Positions 11,790-26,012 of a stretch of 64,000 nucleotides of DNA are shown here, piece after piece (positions within the stretch are counted from its first letter, which is position 1; each line of letters opens with the position of its first letter). The DNA is from Mobula hypostoma (taxonomy: Eukaryota): positions 203,610,001 to 203,674,000 of the forward strand of contig NC_086097.1 of the NCBI RefSeq assembly GCF_963921235.1, written 5' to 3'. The position numbers and the translations under genes are program-made. A model generated the notes under the pieces. It was not told the origin of the DNA and searched no databases. It saw only the letters and a list, made by a program, of their open reading frames with translations.

Positions 11790-12000
11790 CGGGGCGCCAC
11801 GGCAGCTGGAATTCAGAGTTCAGTTCTGGTGTTCTCTGTAGGAAAGTTTGCATCTTCTTCCCATGTGCCTGTGGCTTTCCTCCAGGTGCTCCGGTTTCCT
11901 CCCACAGTCCAAAGACATAACGGTTAGTAGGTTAATTGGTTATTGTAAATTGTCCATTGATTCGCCTGAGGTTAAATTTGTGGGTTGCTGGGTGGTGCAG
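11790..12000 (+). mobile_element. V-SINE (HE1-like)
   Basis: V-domain core GGTGCTCCGGTTTCCTCCCACAGTCCAAAGAC at ~11885. Confidence 0.75.
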
Positions 12001-12309
12001 CTCTTTCTCCAAATTACTAATACCTGGATGCTCTACACTGCCAGCTGCTTGATAATATCATCACAGACTGCTGTGTTAGTGAAAGAAAGCTTAAATAATT
12101 TCCGGAATGTTTGTCCCATATAGTTATAAAATAAACTTTTTACGTCCTAAAAAAAAGAAGCGTAAGTGTTGCAAAGGCATAGTGCTTTTCTTGACATCTT
12201 AGTACTAACTTTACAGCAAATGGAGAAGTTTGACATGGAGTTTGTGTTGTAAAGTCAGAAGCACAAAAGCCAATTTGTGTGCAAATGTGCCTCATACAGC
12301 CAGATAATT

Positions 12310-12700
12310 CAGTTTCGGTATTACTGATTGAGTGATAAATACTGACCAGGGTATCAGAGATACTGCAGCTTCACTTTATTGCATTAAGCTGATGGGATCC
12401 TTTCGTGGCACCTGAATGTTCAGATGAAGATTTGGTCTAACAAATACCAGCACTAGTAACAATGCACCATTGCATCCTAGACCCAGCAAATTTTTGTGGC
12501 TTTCGGTAAACTTATATTAAAACACAAAATCACTAATGAAATGTGGTTCTGGTGATAAAAGCAAAAAAGCAAAGGGCAGTACTGTTCAGAAATGCACTGA
12601 AGTGCTACCGTGGTGTTTGTGCTCAAGTAACTGGAGTGGGACTTAACCTGTAACTTTATGACTGAGAGGCACGAGTGCTATCAAATGAAACCCAGCTATT
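12310..12700 (-). mobile_element. Ancient DeuSINE (SacSINE1/AmnSINE1-like) remnant
   Basis: Contains GTGCTCAAGT..CTGGAGTGGGACTT..ACC and TGACT.AGAGGC..GAGTGCTA, matching the reverse complement of DeuSINE head/Deu-domain as I recall it. Confidence 0.65.
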
Positions 12701-15700
12701 ACCACTGAGTTTTGCGAGTCTGGAAAATAAATTGTAAAATTAGCGCTTATACTGTATGTGTCATGATTTTCATTTCAATTATTCATATTTCACAGTCTGT
12801 CACACAATACATGAAATTGGTCTGATACTGAATTTATATGATAATGTAAAAGGTTATCTGTTCTGCAACTTTATTTTAAAAAATAGTTCAGTCTGTTTAG
12901 GTTGGAGCTGCTGGCTGCCTACACGGAGAAATCTCAAAAATCACATCAGGCTAGAAGATAACGTAACATTTTCTTCTCTTACTGCCCTGGTCATATTGAA
13001 ACATGGGAATGGAATTTGTTATATTTCTGGATTAGAAACTGCTGAACTCTAATATTTAATTGCTTAAAAGACTAGAATTCTATGAAAATTGAATTCTCAC
13101 CTAATAACTCACAAAACATACCTACAGTCTGTGTCTCTCAGTTCTAAAGTTATTTGATGATCAAAACAGTGATATAGTACTAAATGCTCACTATGATTTT
13201 TTATGTTATTTAGTTTGAATTATTGAATAAATTAAACCTTTTTTTTTAGCGTAGGGCATGATATGAATTATCAAGTGCAGATTTAGAATTGATAAAATCA
13301 GCAAAACCTGCATTACATACCCTAAGAAAACAAGGTCGACATAGTGGCCAGTCTTTGCTAGCTCATGAAAAGTAATGCAAGTAAACACTACACACAAATG
13401 ATGCTTTATTCAATGATATTTTCTGAATAAACCTCAAGTAGCTTGTCAGGCAACATGCGGTAAAGGTGGTATCAGCAGATTCTGGTAGGTCTTGGAGGAT
13501 CCAGAAAATCTCATTGCACAATTTTCTCTCAAAATGTTTTATAAAAATACTGTACATTTTGTATCTGCTTAACACCCCCTCTCATTTTTTTTGCTCTCCA
13601 CAGTAAATCATTTACAGTCTGAACTGCCACAGAACTAATATTTATTACTGTATTTCCCAATTAATGGAAGCTAGCTCGGTAATGCTGCCTGAACTGAAAC
13701 AAACTTGTTGCAGGAAAGTTGCATTTCACATAAGTTGTTTCCCTGTCCCAACAATATATTTGTTATTCTGACAGCATAAACACCAAAAAGGCAGAAAGCA
13801 TCACTATCAAAATGTAAAGCCTACTTTATACAAATCTGTGCATGTTATGGGCTCATTCAAAATTTGCATTTCTCACATCCTCTGTGTTGTATTTCATATT
13901 TTTGCCAATTTTACTGAGATGTATATTAGACTCTGCTTTGTGCAACGGCTACAATAAGACTTCACTAAAGTGCACACATCTCTCCTGCATGCCAAGTGTC
14001 TTCTTATTTTAGAATGTGAACCGTTGAGGTGGTAGGGCAGTGGGGGGATGAGGAAAGAGTGTCAAGGAATTCATTGTCTGTTCTCCACCTGTTGTTATTC
14101 TGGTCCCAATCAACCTGCTAGCCAGTCTGGAGCCAGTGGCCATCTGGAAATACTGCAGTGTTTATAAACTTGGCATAGAGCAGCACTCCAGGGCCCTGAC
14201 CTCCCACACAAATCTGGAAACAATTATAATAGATAGGCTGTGGATTGCAAAAAAAAAAGTCCTTCACGGAGCTCTGTGTGGAGCTTTGCCTACCATAGGG
14301 ATGTGAGGGCCTTGTTCGTGGTGAAGTGAGTTTAAACATCTCTGATTTGCTGAATGACTCAGTTGTTTCTGGTTCCTGGCACTGTTCTCTCTTTTAGTTG
14401 CTCCTACGCCCTCCTACCTTCCAAGCTTTCCCTTAAGGACTTCTGGTACTTTTGAAAGTTGAAATATATTTTTCTCTTGGCCTACGTCAGCTGCATTTCA
14501 AAACCAGAGGAAAAAGAAAGCCAAATCTGCACAATGCTGCCAAGTGCAGTAATATTCCTAATTGCTCCCACAGTCAAAATTTAAAGTTTTGTGCAATTGC
14601 AAAACTTGTTTGATATGAAGACAAAAGCAGTAGGTTAACAATATTCCTTAAGCACGTAGAAAGTAAGATCACCTTATTCTTAATCTAAAAGTATACGAAA
14701 TTTATATTTTTTTGTAGAAAAGTTGATAGCAATTCTTCATTGTGCACAGAAGTTCATAATTAGGCAAATTAGAACCATTTAGATGAGAATACATGAAGAT
14801 TAATTTAACCGATTGTTATTTCAGAAATATAATTCATTATCAAATCCAGAGTAATTCAAACGGTTAAAAACATGCGTTATGACCTTTAATTTTACCAAAG
14901 AAAAAATGGCTGGAGTCACTTAGCACTTTAGTGTAAGTGTGTTTATTAGGTGCATCAGAAATCAAACTTACAAAAATTAGTGAAAATGGTGAAAAAATGC
15001 CAATGCTTACAAGAAGATAGCTACAAGAAATATAATAATAGCTCTGTATTTATTCTTGTTCAGTGTGAAACACCGACATCCTCTATCTCTCTTTCTCTGA
15101 TACTGAGGGAAATGAGCTCCTTTTATAGGCACTAGGACATACCATCTTTAATTACCAACAAAGTTAACATGAGACTACACTTGAATTAGAATATGATGTA
15201 CCCCACAATGTAAGTATAATTATATTGCAAAATAAACAGAAGTAGCTTCATAGCCAACATGTACACATTTACATACCCCATTACTAAAGAAATGGAATGT
15301 TCCACTGAGCAAGGTGGGAAAGGCACCACAAAGCCAGCCCGAACATATTAGCTTGATTTAGGATCACCACGGAACTGCAGGGAAACAGTAATGTAAATTA
15401 TGTCCAAATATATGCTTAATTTGCATACAGTTATGATCAGAATGTTACATAAGCACCTTCTGTTACGTAAAAGTTCTAGAATGAAACATGCATGCATCAA
15501 TCATTGCAAATGATAACAATTATTATATAATCTCATCATTATTGTAGTAATGTAGTTAGATCAACTAACGCTTTTAGACACTTATGTAAATAGATATTTC
15601 TTGTTTAAAAAGCATAATAGAGTTTTTTAATTGTCCAGAGTTTATTGTCAAAGTAGTGCAGAGGCAAGTTCATTGGCAAATCCCTTTATTTAAATATAAA

Positions 15701-17229
15701 TGATATAAAAATATTAGTAGCAGGATAAACATGCAGTTAAATTACGATATCAAACAACTGACGCAGAGCTACTGCTCTGCTTTTAGCTTTGGAGATATGC
15801 CTGCCTCACTATTGAAATGCATTAAAGGGATATGAATTACATTCCCCAAAGTCTTGACTATGTCAGTGGTAACTATTTTCACAACCTTTCAACTTCTCTG
15901 GTGTCACATTCCTTCAAACATTAATTATTATTAGAAATTTTTAAAATGGAATTATAAATTCAATTTATTTTACCTCATTTTACTCACTTAGTTCATCACT
16001 TTATCTGTTTTTCTATAATCTTTAAATCTCTTCACATTTCCTGATTTGACACTAAATTCAATTTTTATGTCTTTTTTGTTCCTTTTTGCTATGTATTTCT
16101 CAGTCTTTGGTTTGAATACGTAAGAGCCTCACAGTTACTTGTCTTGCTCACTGAAACCTGAGATGCTCTGTCCCTTCATGACGTTGTTTTAAGCTTGTAC
16201 ATTAAGCAATTTCCCACAAAGAAATTTTTACAAATATAAATGTGCGAAACAAATTCTAACTAAAGACAAATGCTGCTAGCCTGTCCCATGACAACAACAT
16301 CTGTTTTAATGCATTGGGTTTTTCTAGTTTACAACATTACAATTAGTCATATCTATAATAAGGTGACACACCTATCATAAGGTAACTCACTCCAGGTTCT
16401 GCAGGCTCCAGTGATGCCTGCACTGCAAAGGTAAAAGTAACTTCAGTTCTCAGTTTTGCCAACTAATGCACTGATACACAACACTGCTCTTCCCTTATAC
16501 TGTATATGAACTTAGGCAGTGAAAGTTGTGGGACTATTTATTTATGAGCTGTTATATTTTGTAACTCCAAAACATAAAACGAATTCAAAGAAAAACAAGG
16601 GAGTCTGAAATTCGTGTATATTAGTTTCATTTTTACTTTAGAGAAATATGCACTTATGACATGGTAGCGTGATGATGTATGCCATTCACATATTTTTATA
16701 TAGGACCTGTAATTAATTATGTAAACAACAAAGAGTGCTGAACCAGAGAATATATTTACAATATTACTCGAATGTTGCTGAAGTATTAAATACACAGCAC
16801 TCCTCCCAGCTTAGTTATAAACACCAACTCATTATAGAACACTAAGCGCCTGGCCAGCCTTGCAGCTCCGGGTACATAGCTTTCTGCCAGAGTTCAGGTT
16901 CTGATGCTACTCAAAAAAAAAAGCCTATTATAGTGATAAAGCCCTTTGTGAGTGTTTATGGTGAGAAACACTTTGGACTCTTCTTTCATCTCCAGGCCTC
17001 AGCTAAGTTCACTTTGCTAAAGTGTATCCATCCAAAAAGGTTTGCAAGGACATCCTCTATCCTGGGCAGAGGGGACAGATCTACTTTCAGCTCCGGGTTG
17101 ATGATGACCTTAAAATCACCACAGATCCTAATAGTCTTGGCTACGGGGACCACTGACGTTGCCCAGGGGCTCCTCTTACTCTTGGAAAGAATTCCTTAAG
17201 CGTCCAAGTGATTTAGCTCACTGGCTACT

Positions 17230-18567
17230 TTACATATAAGGAACTAGATGGGCTTTGTAAAACTTGGGTGTGACATTTTCATTTAACGGTATTTTACCCT
17301 TGATATGTATGAGTTTTCCAATGCCATCCTTGAACACTGTTGTAGCATCATCAGTAACTTTCTTAGTTCACGTTCAGTTGACTTCTGCTGCAGAGAATGT
17401 GGCATGCAAATGGTGGATGGATCTTCAATTAAGCTGTAGTTGTCTCAGCTGCTTAGAACCCCACATGCTGACCCTCCTGATTTTACCACATACAAGCCCA
17501 GTGTTGGTTGTTGGTTGTTGTATTTCACTGTTATGAATGTCATTCCCAGAGGAGTTACCTTTTCTCCAGTATGTTCTTAATTGGATATCTGCAGGTTTCA
17601 GTTCAGAATCTTTCAAATGCCATTCAAATTCATTTTGTGGAATGACTGAAACAGCCAAGCCAGTGTCCAATCCCATTTTAATTAATTTGCCGTTCACTTC
17701 TGGTGTAAGCCATATTGCTTAGTCTATTGTTAGTTTTCACAAAGTAAATATCAAGGCTTAGTCCTGTGTCACTCTTATCACTATCAAATTTGTGATCTAC
17801 AGCATGCAGATTAGTTCTCTTTTTGGAAATGCAACTTGATTTTTTTTTTTATCTTTTTCTCTTCCCTGTGCAGTCCATTTATTTTTGCCTGCCTGACATG
17901 TTCTTTGTATGTGTCCTACTTTGTTGCATTTTTTGCAAGTTTCACCTTTAAACCTGCATTAGGCTAGTGTGTTTGAGCTCATGCCAGAATGGTAACGCAG
18001 TTTGTATGGCCAAGATGATTTCTGTTTAGCCATTGCAACTTTGTTTCTGTTCACTCTCATTTCTGAATGCAACTTAATTGCATCTCTGTCTGCTGCTTCC
18101 TTTGATACAGTGATTTCAATTGCTCTTTTAAATGTGTGTTGTACTTCAGTTAGGAGCCATTTTTGAATGCTTTCTTGTAAGATTCTACAAATTAAACAAT
18201 TTCCCAGTGTATCATTAAACCCATCACTGAACTGACAATCTCTTCAATTCAGCCACATATGTTCCCTTTCCTTTTGATTCTGCTTATGAAAGCTAAAGAG
18301 TTCTGCAATCAACAATGGTTTCTGTTCTAAGTATTCCTGCATTACTTTCATGATATCAGCAAAGTTCATTTTGGATGTTTTGGTAGGAGTAGTCATACTT
18401 CTAAGCAAACTGTATGCCTTGAAACCCAATGCACCCAACAGAACTGGCACTCACTTTTCATTGGCTGTTTCATTTGCTTCAAAATACTGCTCAATTTGTT
18501 CAGTATACAATATCCAGTTATTTTATGTACAATCAAATGTATCTATTTTTCCAATGTAGCCAGCCAT
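17230..18567 (-). pseudogene. Degenerate gag-protease of the Mag-like element
   Basis: Begins MAGYIGKIDTFD, has LDTGLAVSVI (aspartic protease) in ORF 17425-17697, and carries multiple stops and frameshifts. Confidence 0.75.
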
Positions 18568-18579
18568 GTTTTTTTACTT

Positions 18580-18915
18580 AGACCACAAGATATAGGAGCA
18601 GAATTAGGCCATTTGACCCATTGAGTCTACTCAGCAATTTCATCATGGCTGATCCAATTTTCCTCTCAGCCCAAATCTCCTGCCTTCTCCCAGTATCCCT
18701 TCATGTCCTGACCAATCAAGTATCTATCAACCTTTGCCTTAAATATACATAAAGACTTGGGCTCCACAGCTGCCTGTGGCAAAGAATTCCACAGATTCAC
18801 CACTCTCTGGCTAAAGAAATACCCCCTCATCTCCGTTCTAAAAGGACTGGTCTTAGACACTCCCACCATCGGAAACATCCTCTCCACATCCACTCTATCA
18901 AGGCCTTTTACCATT
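18580..18915 (-). mobile_element. CR1 3' fragment nested in the LTR element
   Basis: KGLDRVDVERMFP...FFSQRVVNLWNSLP, followed by CR1 3' UTR. Confidence 0.85.
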
Positions 18916-19419
18916 CAATAATTATAATTATTATCACCCAGTACTCATTATTTATGAACCCATGAATTTGTCCATTTTCTGCCTTTTTTAACTTGACCTT
19001 CTTTTCCTTCCTGAAAAAGTGCCTGCTGCTCTGTTTTTTTTTCATTTGATGGCTTCTCGCAGAGCTTTTTTTTAAAACCAAAAGACTTGCTGCACTCCAA
19101 CAGGTAGGTAGTCATCTTGGGTTCATTTAAGATTTCCTTGCTGCCCCTGTTTTTGTAACTTCAAAACATAAGTCCGGAATACGTGTACATTAGTTTCTTT
19201 TTTACCTTAGCAAAATGAGCACATATGACATGCTGGCATGATGACATATTCCATTCACATACTTTTACATATAACCCATAATGAATTATGTAAACAACAA
19301 AAATGCTTAATCAAACAATATTACTCAACAATTGCTGAAATATTAAATACACAGCATGAGTCAGGTTTGACAAGTCAATACCCTCCTTGCTCAATGCCTA
19401 TATAAACTATTCAGCAAAA

Positions 19420-19785
19420 GTCATGGAGTCATACATCAGGGGACAAACCCTTGGGCCTACTAAGTCCATGCTGATCATCAAAGACCTATTTAGACCAATG
19501 CACCAATTCTACATGAATCCCATTTTTTTATTCTCCCCAGATTGCCATTAACTTCCTATTTACCTGGATTCCACCACTCAGCCTCACACCAGGGACAATT
19601 GACAGTGGCCAAATAGCATTCCCACCCACATACTGTATCTTTGGAATATGAGAGATAACTGGAACAGCTGGAAGAACCACACACAGTCAGAGGGGGAATG
19701 CACTGATTCCACACAGTGAACATCAGGATTGAGCCCATGTATCTGGCTCTGTGAGATAGTGGCTCTTCAAGTTACTGCACTGTAG
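19420..19785 (-). mobile_element. Degenerate V-SINE
   Basis: Reverse-complement similarity to 11790-12000. Confidence 0.55.
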
Positions 19786-20831
19786 GACCCCAAAGTAATG
19801 GAATAGCATTCAATTAGCCTTTAACCGATTAATGTCCTGTTGCAACCTTTCTATATTTTGTTCTCGTTTTCACTTAAGAATGTACCTGCTGCTCTTCAGG
19901 GTTTCCCTAAGAGTTATTGGCTTCTAATTTGAAGTGCATGTGGTTCCTTAGCAAATTAGCTATGATAATAGGAAGTCTCCTATCAGTCCACTGCATATCA
20001 AAATAATTGGATAACTTAGTGGTAAATTGCCAATGTAATAGCCATGATAAAACAGGGCCCATTAAATGCAAAAGAAACAAATCTTTTTCTTTAACAGGTC
20101 GGAGGCATAACAGTTGTTGTTGCAGAAGTGACAGAGGAACATCTGGGGCTGTGTCTTTCCTTGCTTCGCTATTTCCTGTGTATTTCCCCAATGGAAGTGC
20201 CTGAATCAGAAAGTCTTGTACAGTCATGTTACAGTCTGTCTCCCACATCAGCTCTACTGGATCTTTGATGTGGCTTTTGTTCTGTGCTGTCCAGTCTCTA
20301 AACTGACTAACTGTTTAGTCCAGAGTGAGTTACCGACACTGGGAATGTCCCAGTTGATGAGTCACAGACATTTTAAAAAAATATTTTGTACACTTGTATT
20401 AGGTAATCTTCCTACATAAACTACAAATGATAATGATTATGATTGTTTATATGATATCTGATTCCAACATCAGAAGATATCAAAATGCCTCCATTAATTC
20501 CTATGCTATAAATAGCTATTGATAATTTCAAACAATATTTTAGGACCGAGATTTCTATTCTGATTTGTTGTTACCATATGTCCTCTTAGTCAATAATTCT
20601 TATTGTGAATGTGGGACCTGCAGATCTACAGCAGATGGAGCAGGAAACTGTGGTGTGGGAAATGTCTGCTCATTCCACATATATACGGAGCTGCTATGTG
20701 CCCCTGATGTTCTTAATGCAACCTGAATGCTTCTCCATTTTCCATGGTCAACGTCAGGACTTCCAGTGAGCTGGTGATGATAATATATTTTCTCCAGAAG
20801 GCTTTGAGAACATCCCTGCAGGTTCGTGACT

Positions 20832-21240
20832 AAACACAAGGGGTTCTGCAGATGCTGGGAATCCGGAATCACACACACAGAATGCTGGAGGAACTGAGCA
20901 GGCCAGGCAGCATTTTACTTATTTTATTATTTTATTTTATGATACAGCGTAAAACAGGCCATTTCAGTCCCATGAGTTGCACCACCCAGCAACTCACCTA
21001 CTTAACCCTAGTCTAGTCACAGGACAATTTACAATGACAAGTTAACCCACTAACCAGTACGACTTTAGACTTTCGGAGGAAACCAGAGCACCTGAAGGAA
21101 ACCCACGCATACATGAGAAGAACATACAAATATTCTTACAGAGAGTGCCAGAATTGAACTCCAAACTCCATCGCCCCGAGGTGTAACAGTGTTCACTAAC
21201 TGCTATGATCTACCGAGAGGACTGAGACCCTTCATCGGGA
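20832..21240 (-). mobile_element. Penelope terminal fragment split by a V-SINE (~20914-21208)
   Basis: TCTGCAGATGCTGG...GCAGGCCAGGCAGCAT, then SINE (GGAGGAAACCAGAGCACC), then GAGACCCTTCATC. Confidence 0.7.
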
Positions 21241-21319
21241 TTCCCTGTCTGTGTGACAGAAACTTTTCCAACTTATCTTCCTCAAACTTTCCCCCCTCAC
21301 ATTAAGTTCATGTCCTCTA

Positions 21320-22170
21320 GTCATGCCTTTTTGAACTGTTACAGTTCTCCTGCTGAAGGTATTCCTAGTGCTATTGAGCTGGGAGTTCCAGGAAAATGGT
21401 GTTGGAGTAGATTAGGAAAGTAACAGAAGTGCTTGTTATAGATGAACAATGTTAATGGGAAGTGAATGTTTAAGGACGTTCTTAAAAAGAAAGGACCAGC
21501 AAACAATCAAACTGTTTTGCCCTAGCTAGTATCAGGTTTTAATATTCATAGAGCCTTTGGCTGATGATTTTTGGAAATACCTTATCCATCTTTGGCACTT
21601 GCATGCTAGGCTCTGCCCTTGTTGTGCTGGGAATATTGCTGGAAGCACTAGCTCCCTTAGTTGTTTAATTGTCTATGACAGTTCATGGCTGGATCTGGTA
21701 GGCACATAGAAATTTTTTTGTAATATACACTATACTCACTTTTTTGGAATCTGGTGCTGCAGGCAAGGATTATTCGTAATAATCGTTCCTAACTACCCAG
21801 GAGAAAGAGAGCCAACTTTAACTTCTGGAGAAGATGTTCTCAGAGTACTGCTGAGTGGGGTGCTCCAGGTTTTGGATCCAACAATGATGAGTGAATGGTA
21901 ATCTACTTACGAGTCATGATAGAGTGCAACTTTGGAGGACCTACAGGAGCTGGTGTTCCCATGTAAGTAAAGCCATAAGCTCCTTGAGGGTAGAGTCTGT
22001 GGACTCAGGAGGTGTTATCAGATTACCCTAAGCAAGAACTGGCTAAATATTTTGTAAAATATATACACTGCAACCACTGCACATCTACAGTGGAGGGAAT
22101 GAGTATTTAAGATAGAGAATCAATCAAGTGAATTGGTTTGTCCAGATGGAGTTGATTGAACAGCTCATCA
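21320..22170 (-). mobile_element. Old degraded LINE fragments
   Basis: Similarity to 6615-7100. Confidence 0.4.
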
Positions 22171-22943
22171 TATTCTTCTGGGAAGCTACACCACGGTGAT
22201 ATGGACAATGAATTTTAATTGTCAATGAATTTGATTGGACAATGAATTTTCCAACTCCAAGAAATCCACATTCCCTGAGTTACTTTCTTTCTTCAGCAAC
22301 AAGCTATCTGTTGGAGAAACTCAAGGGGTCGAGCAGCATCTGTGGGATGAAAGGAATTGGCAACATTTCATGTTGAAATGCTGCATTCTGATTAGTGAAG
22401 TCGAAAAATTTAGTGAGGTAAAGAACAGTCATCTATGGTGTTGATGTTGCTCCCTGTAGTTTTTCCTGATATTGACACAATGATGGCCTTCGGGTTTCTA
22501 GATAGACTCGGTTCAGGTAACAGCTCTTCAGTAACTGGGAGGAGGCAGCTGAGGAGCAATGGCTTACCCTGCAGAGGGAAACCCCTCGAAAGTCTGAATA
22601 TATTTTCTTTCTTGATGATGGTCATGATTACAGTACAGCTGAGAAATTGTTCAAAATGTTATTTGTAACTTGTGTTGGTTGCCTCTTTATCCTTGAAAAT
22701 TTCATCTTCATCGGGGAGGGCCCTTGAGAACTCAGATTGTGGACTTAGTTGTGTATTGTTACAAAGTATATTTAGCTTCACTATTCCCTTAAATAGATCA
22801 GTCATCAGTACTAGAGACAATCATTGCAAATTAACCATAGAGGTAGCTTTGTCTGTGTGTGTGTGCGTGGGGGAGGAATTGGAAGAGGTTATGTGGATGT
22901 GTATCCTTTATTAAAGCATTTGTATATGGCCAACATAATGAGG

Positions 22944-24009
22944 ACACGAGGATATCTGCAGATGCTGGAATTTCAAGCAACACACATAAAAGTTGCTGGT
23001 GAACGCAGCAGGCCAGGCAGCATCAATAGGAAGAGGTACAGTCAACGTTGCGGGCCGAGACCCTTCGTCAGGACCAACTGAAAGGAGAGCTAGTAAGAGA
23101 TTTGAAAGTGGGAGGGGGAGGGGGAGATCCGAAATGATAGGAGAAGACAGGAGGCAGAGGGATGGAGCCAAGAGCTGGACAGTTGATTGGCAAAAGGGAT
23201 ATGAGAGGATCATAGGACAGGAGGCCTAGGGAGAAAGAAAAGGGGGAGGGGGGGAAACCAGAGGATGTGAGGGGACAGAGGGAGAAAAAGGATAGAGAGA
23301 GAAAAAGAATGTGTATATATAAATAAATAATGGATGGGGTACGAGGGGGAGGTGGAGCATTAGCGGAAGTTTGAGAAGTCAATGTTCATGCCATCAGGTT
23401 GGAGGCTACCCAGGTGTTGTTCCTCCAACCTGAGTGTGGCTTCATCTTTACAGTAGAGGAGGCCGTGGATAGACATGTCAGAATGGGAATGGGATGTGGA
23501 ATTAAAATGTATGGCCACTGAGAGATCCTGCTTTCTCTGGCGGACAGAGCGAAGATGATCAGCGAAATGATCTCCCAGTCTGCATTGGGTCTCGCCAATA
23601 TATAGAAGGCCACATCGGGAGTACTGGACGCAGTATATCACCCCAGCCGACTCACAGGTGAAGTGTTGCCTCACCTGGAAGGACTGTTTGGGGCCCTGAA
23701 TGGTGGTAAGGGAGGAAGTGTAAGGGCATGTGTAGCACTTGTTCCGCTTACATGGATATGTGCCAGGAGGGAGATCAGTGGGGAGGGATGGGAGGGACGA
23801 ATGGACAAGGGAGTTGTGTAGGGAGCGATCCCTGCGGAATGCAGAGGTGGGGGGAGTGAAAGATGTGCTTAGTGGTGGGATCCTGTTGGAGGTGGCGGAA
23901 GTTACGGAGAATAATATGTTGGACCCAGAGGCTGGTGGGGTGGTAGGTGAGGACCAGGGGAACCCTATTCCTAGTGGGGTGGTGGGAGGATGGATTGAGA
24001 GCAGATGTG
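22944..24009 (-). mobile_element. Penelope-like element 3' fragment with GIY-YIG endonuclease remnant
   Basis: ORF 23360-23674 reads FTCESAGVIYC..CGLLYIGET..RLGDHF..H. The terminal region carries a hammerhead copy (~23039-23075) with GAAA changed to GCAA. Confidence 0.9.
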
Positions 24010-25387
24010 AAGAATTTTGTTTAATTTTTATTTTAATCTTACTGGTTGCACAGAAAGTTTTAGAGAAACTGCTACAAAGAGCTAAGTTGCTGAATCCTGC
24101 CCATATTGCAACAGTGTTGTTTTATTGGTTTATTCTGTAGTTTAATCTTTTTTACTGACATACAGCCCTTCCTCCTGCCCTTGACAACCTGAGCCCCTTT
24201 GAACGACCACAGGAGACTGTGAAGACGTGTTCTGAATTTTCATTTTGGATTTCTAGTTCTGCCAACCTACCCAAGGTTTACTTTCTGATTGGAACTTACA
24301 AGTGAGATGTAATTCTGTAAGTATTGCTCAATGATATTAAAGTTAATTACCAAATTTCTGCATGACTTGCGTCTGTTTCTGCAATAAATGTTGTTTTAAT
24401 ATCTGTAATGAATTAGAAGATAGGTATTTTACACGAGTATAGTAGTGTTCAATAAAATAGCCAAAAGGTCTTGTTTTGTTGTCATTGGCTGTTTGAATGC
24501 CATGACACATAGAGAGCATTTTCTGCCTTTGCTTTAAGCTGACGTATATTCTTTTTTTAAGCATAGACAGATAATGAGCAAGAATAATATGATGCATCAT
24601 TAACCTGTGCCTGCTAATTGCAGTGCAGGAAGAGCACCAGCTTTGTGCATCCTGCTTGTAACAATGCATCTTGCAAACATTCAGCATTAATGGAATTGCT
24701 GATTAACCGAACCATTTAATTGGGAGCAAACCTGTGATCGTAGAACTAGAAACTTCTCTGCACTGTTCAAAAGCCCACGTAAACCTCTTTAAAGTAGCTG
24801 CATTGTGCCTGAAAACTTTGCCAGCAGTTATGCAGGAAATGGACCTAACCAAGTAACAGTGAAGAATTAGAGAGGGAAGGTCTCCAGTGTCTTTGCAGAT
24901 ACGAAACCTGCAAGGTATAAGGGACATACCTGCAGAGGAAGAGAAAGTCCCGTAGTCCCATGTTCAAACGGCAATGGGAACAGTTGGCTGGGAAGGTTAA
25001 GCTTCAAGAATCTAATGGAACTTCAGTGATTTCACATGAGTGGTGAAAGGTCAGTGAATACATCATCAAATAGCATTACCCACCAACTGCTCCAGCCTCA
25101 GACACTGCTTCAATTCACCACAATGTCACTCACCTACCAAAAATTTCCACCAACTAAGCCTCACGTCTAACATTCATAGTTTCATCACATCCTCATAAAC
25201 CCCAAATATTTAAAGATGAAAATCTTCCACTTTTAAGCAGTTCAGTCCCTCTGCTATCAAATTACATATCAGGACTCATTGAAAGGTGCAGCTAAATAAC
25301 TGTTTAATCATCTGCAGAGCTGCAGATTTCGTGTACAGTAGGTGAACAAGAAGCATGAATGTAATTACCCAGGTCCAGGATGAGAAA

Positions 25388-26010
25388 GTAGAACATACAT
25401 CGAACAGTACAGCACAGGAACAGGCCCTTTGGCTCACAACACTGAGCTGAATCAATTAAATTAGTTAACAAAACTAATCTCTTCTGCCTACATAATGTCC
25501 ATATCCTTCCACTTTCCTCATGGAAGTCGCTAATGTTTCTTCCTCGACCACCACCTCAGGCACTCACTACTGACTGCGTTAAAAACTTACCCCTCACATC
25601 TCCTTTGAAATTACTCCCCCTTACGTTAAATGCATACCCTCTGGTATTAGACACTCTGACTCTTGGAAAAAGATCTTATCCATCTACTCTATGTATGCCT
25701 CTTATAATCTTATAAACCTCTATCAGCCTCTGGCACTCCAGAAAAAACAACCCAAGTTTGTTCAACCTCTTGTTTAAGCACATGCCCTCTAATCCAGGCA
25801 ACATCCTGGTTAACCTCTTCTGCACTCATAAAGCCTTGGTATTTTTCCTATAATGGGGTGACCAGAACTCTATTCAATACTCCAGATGCCTAACAAGAGT
25901 TTTGTAAAGCTGACTTTTCAATACCTTGACTAATATGGGCAAGCATGCCATACGCCTTTTTCACCACCTTATCAACCTGTGCAGTCACTTTCAGGGATCT
26001 ATGAAGTTTG
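25388..26010 (-). mobile_element. CR1 3' fragment
   Basis: HRSLKVTAQVDKVVKKAYGML, plus CR1 3' UTR and tail at ~25390. Confidence 0.85.
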
Positions 26011-26012
26011 AT

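Larger units (their letters stand above)
16550..19356 (-). mobile_element. Old, internally deleted Gypsy (Mag-like) LTR element
   Basis: Diverged LTR pair 16550-16799 and 19148-19356 (TG...CA). PPT (ctcctccc on the + strand) next to 16799. 5-bp TSD TGAGC/TGAGT. Confidence 0.8.

Noticed and set aside
22410..22668. Short ORFs on both strands
   Set aside because: No recognisable homology, and the lengths are expected by chance.
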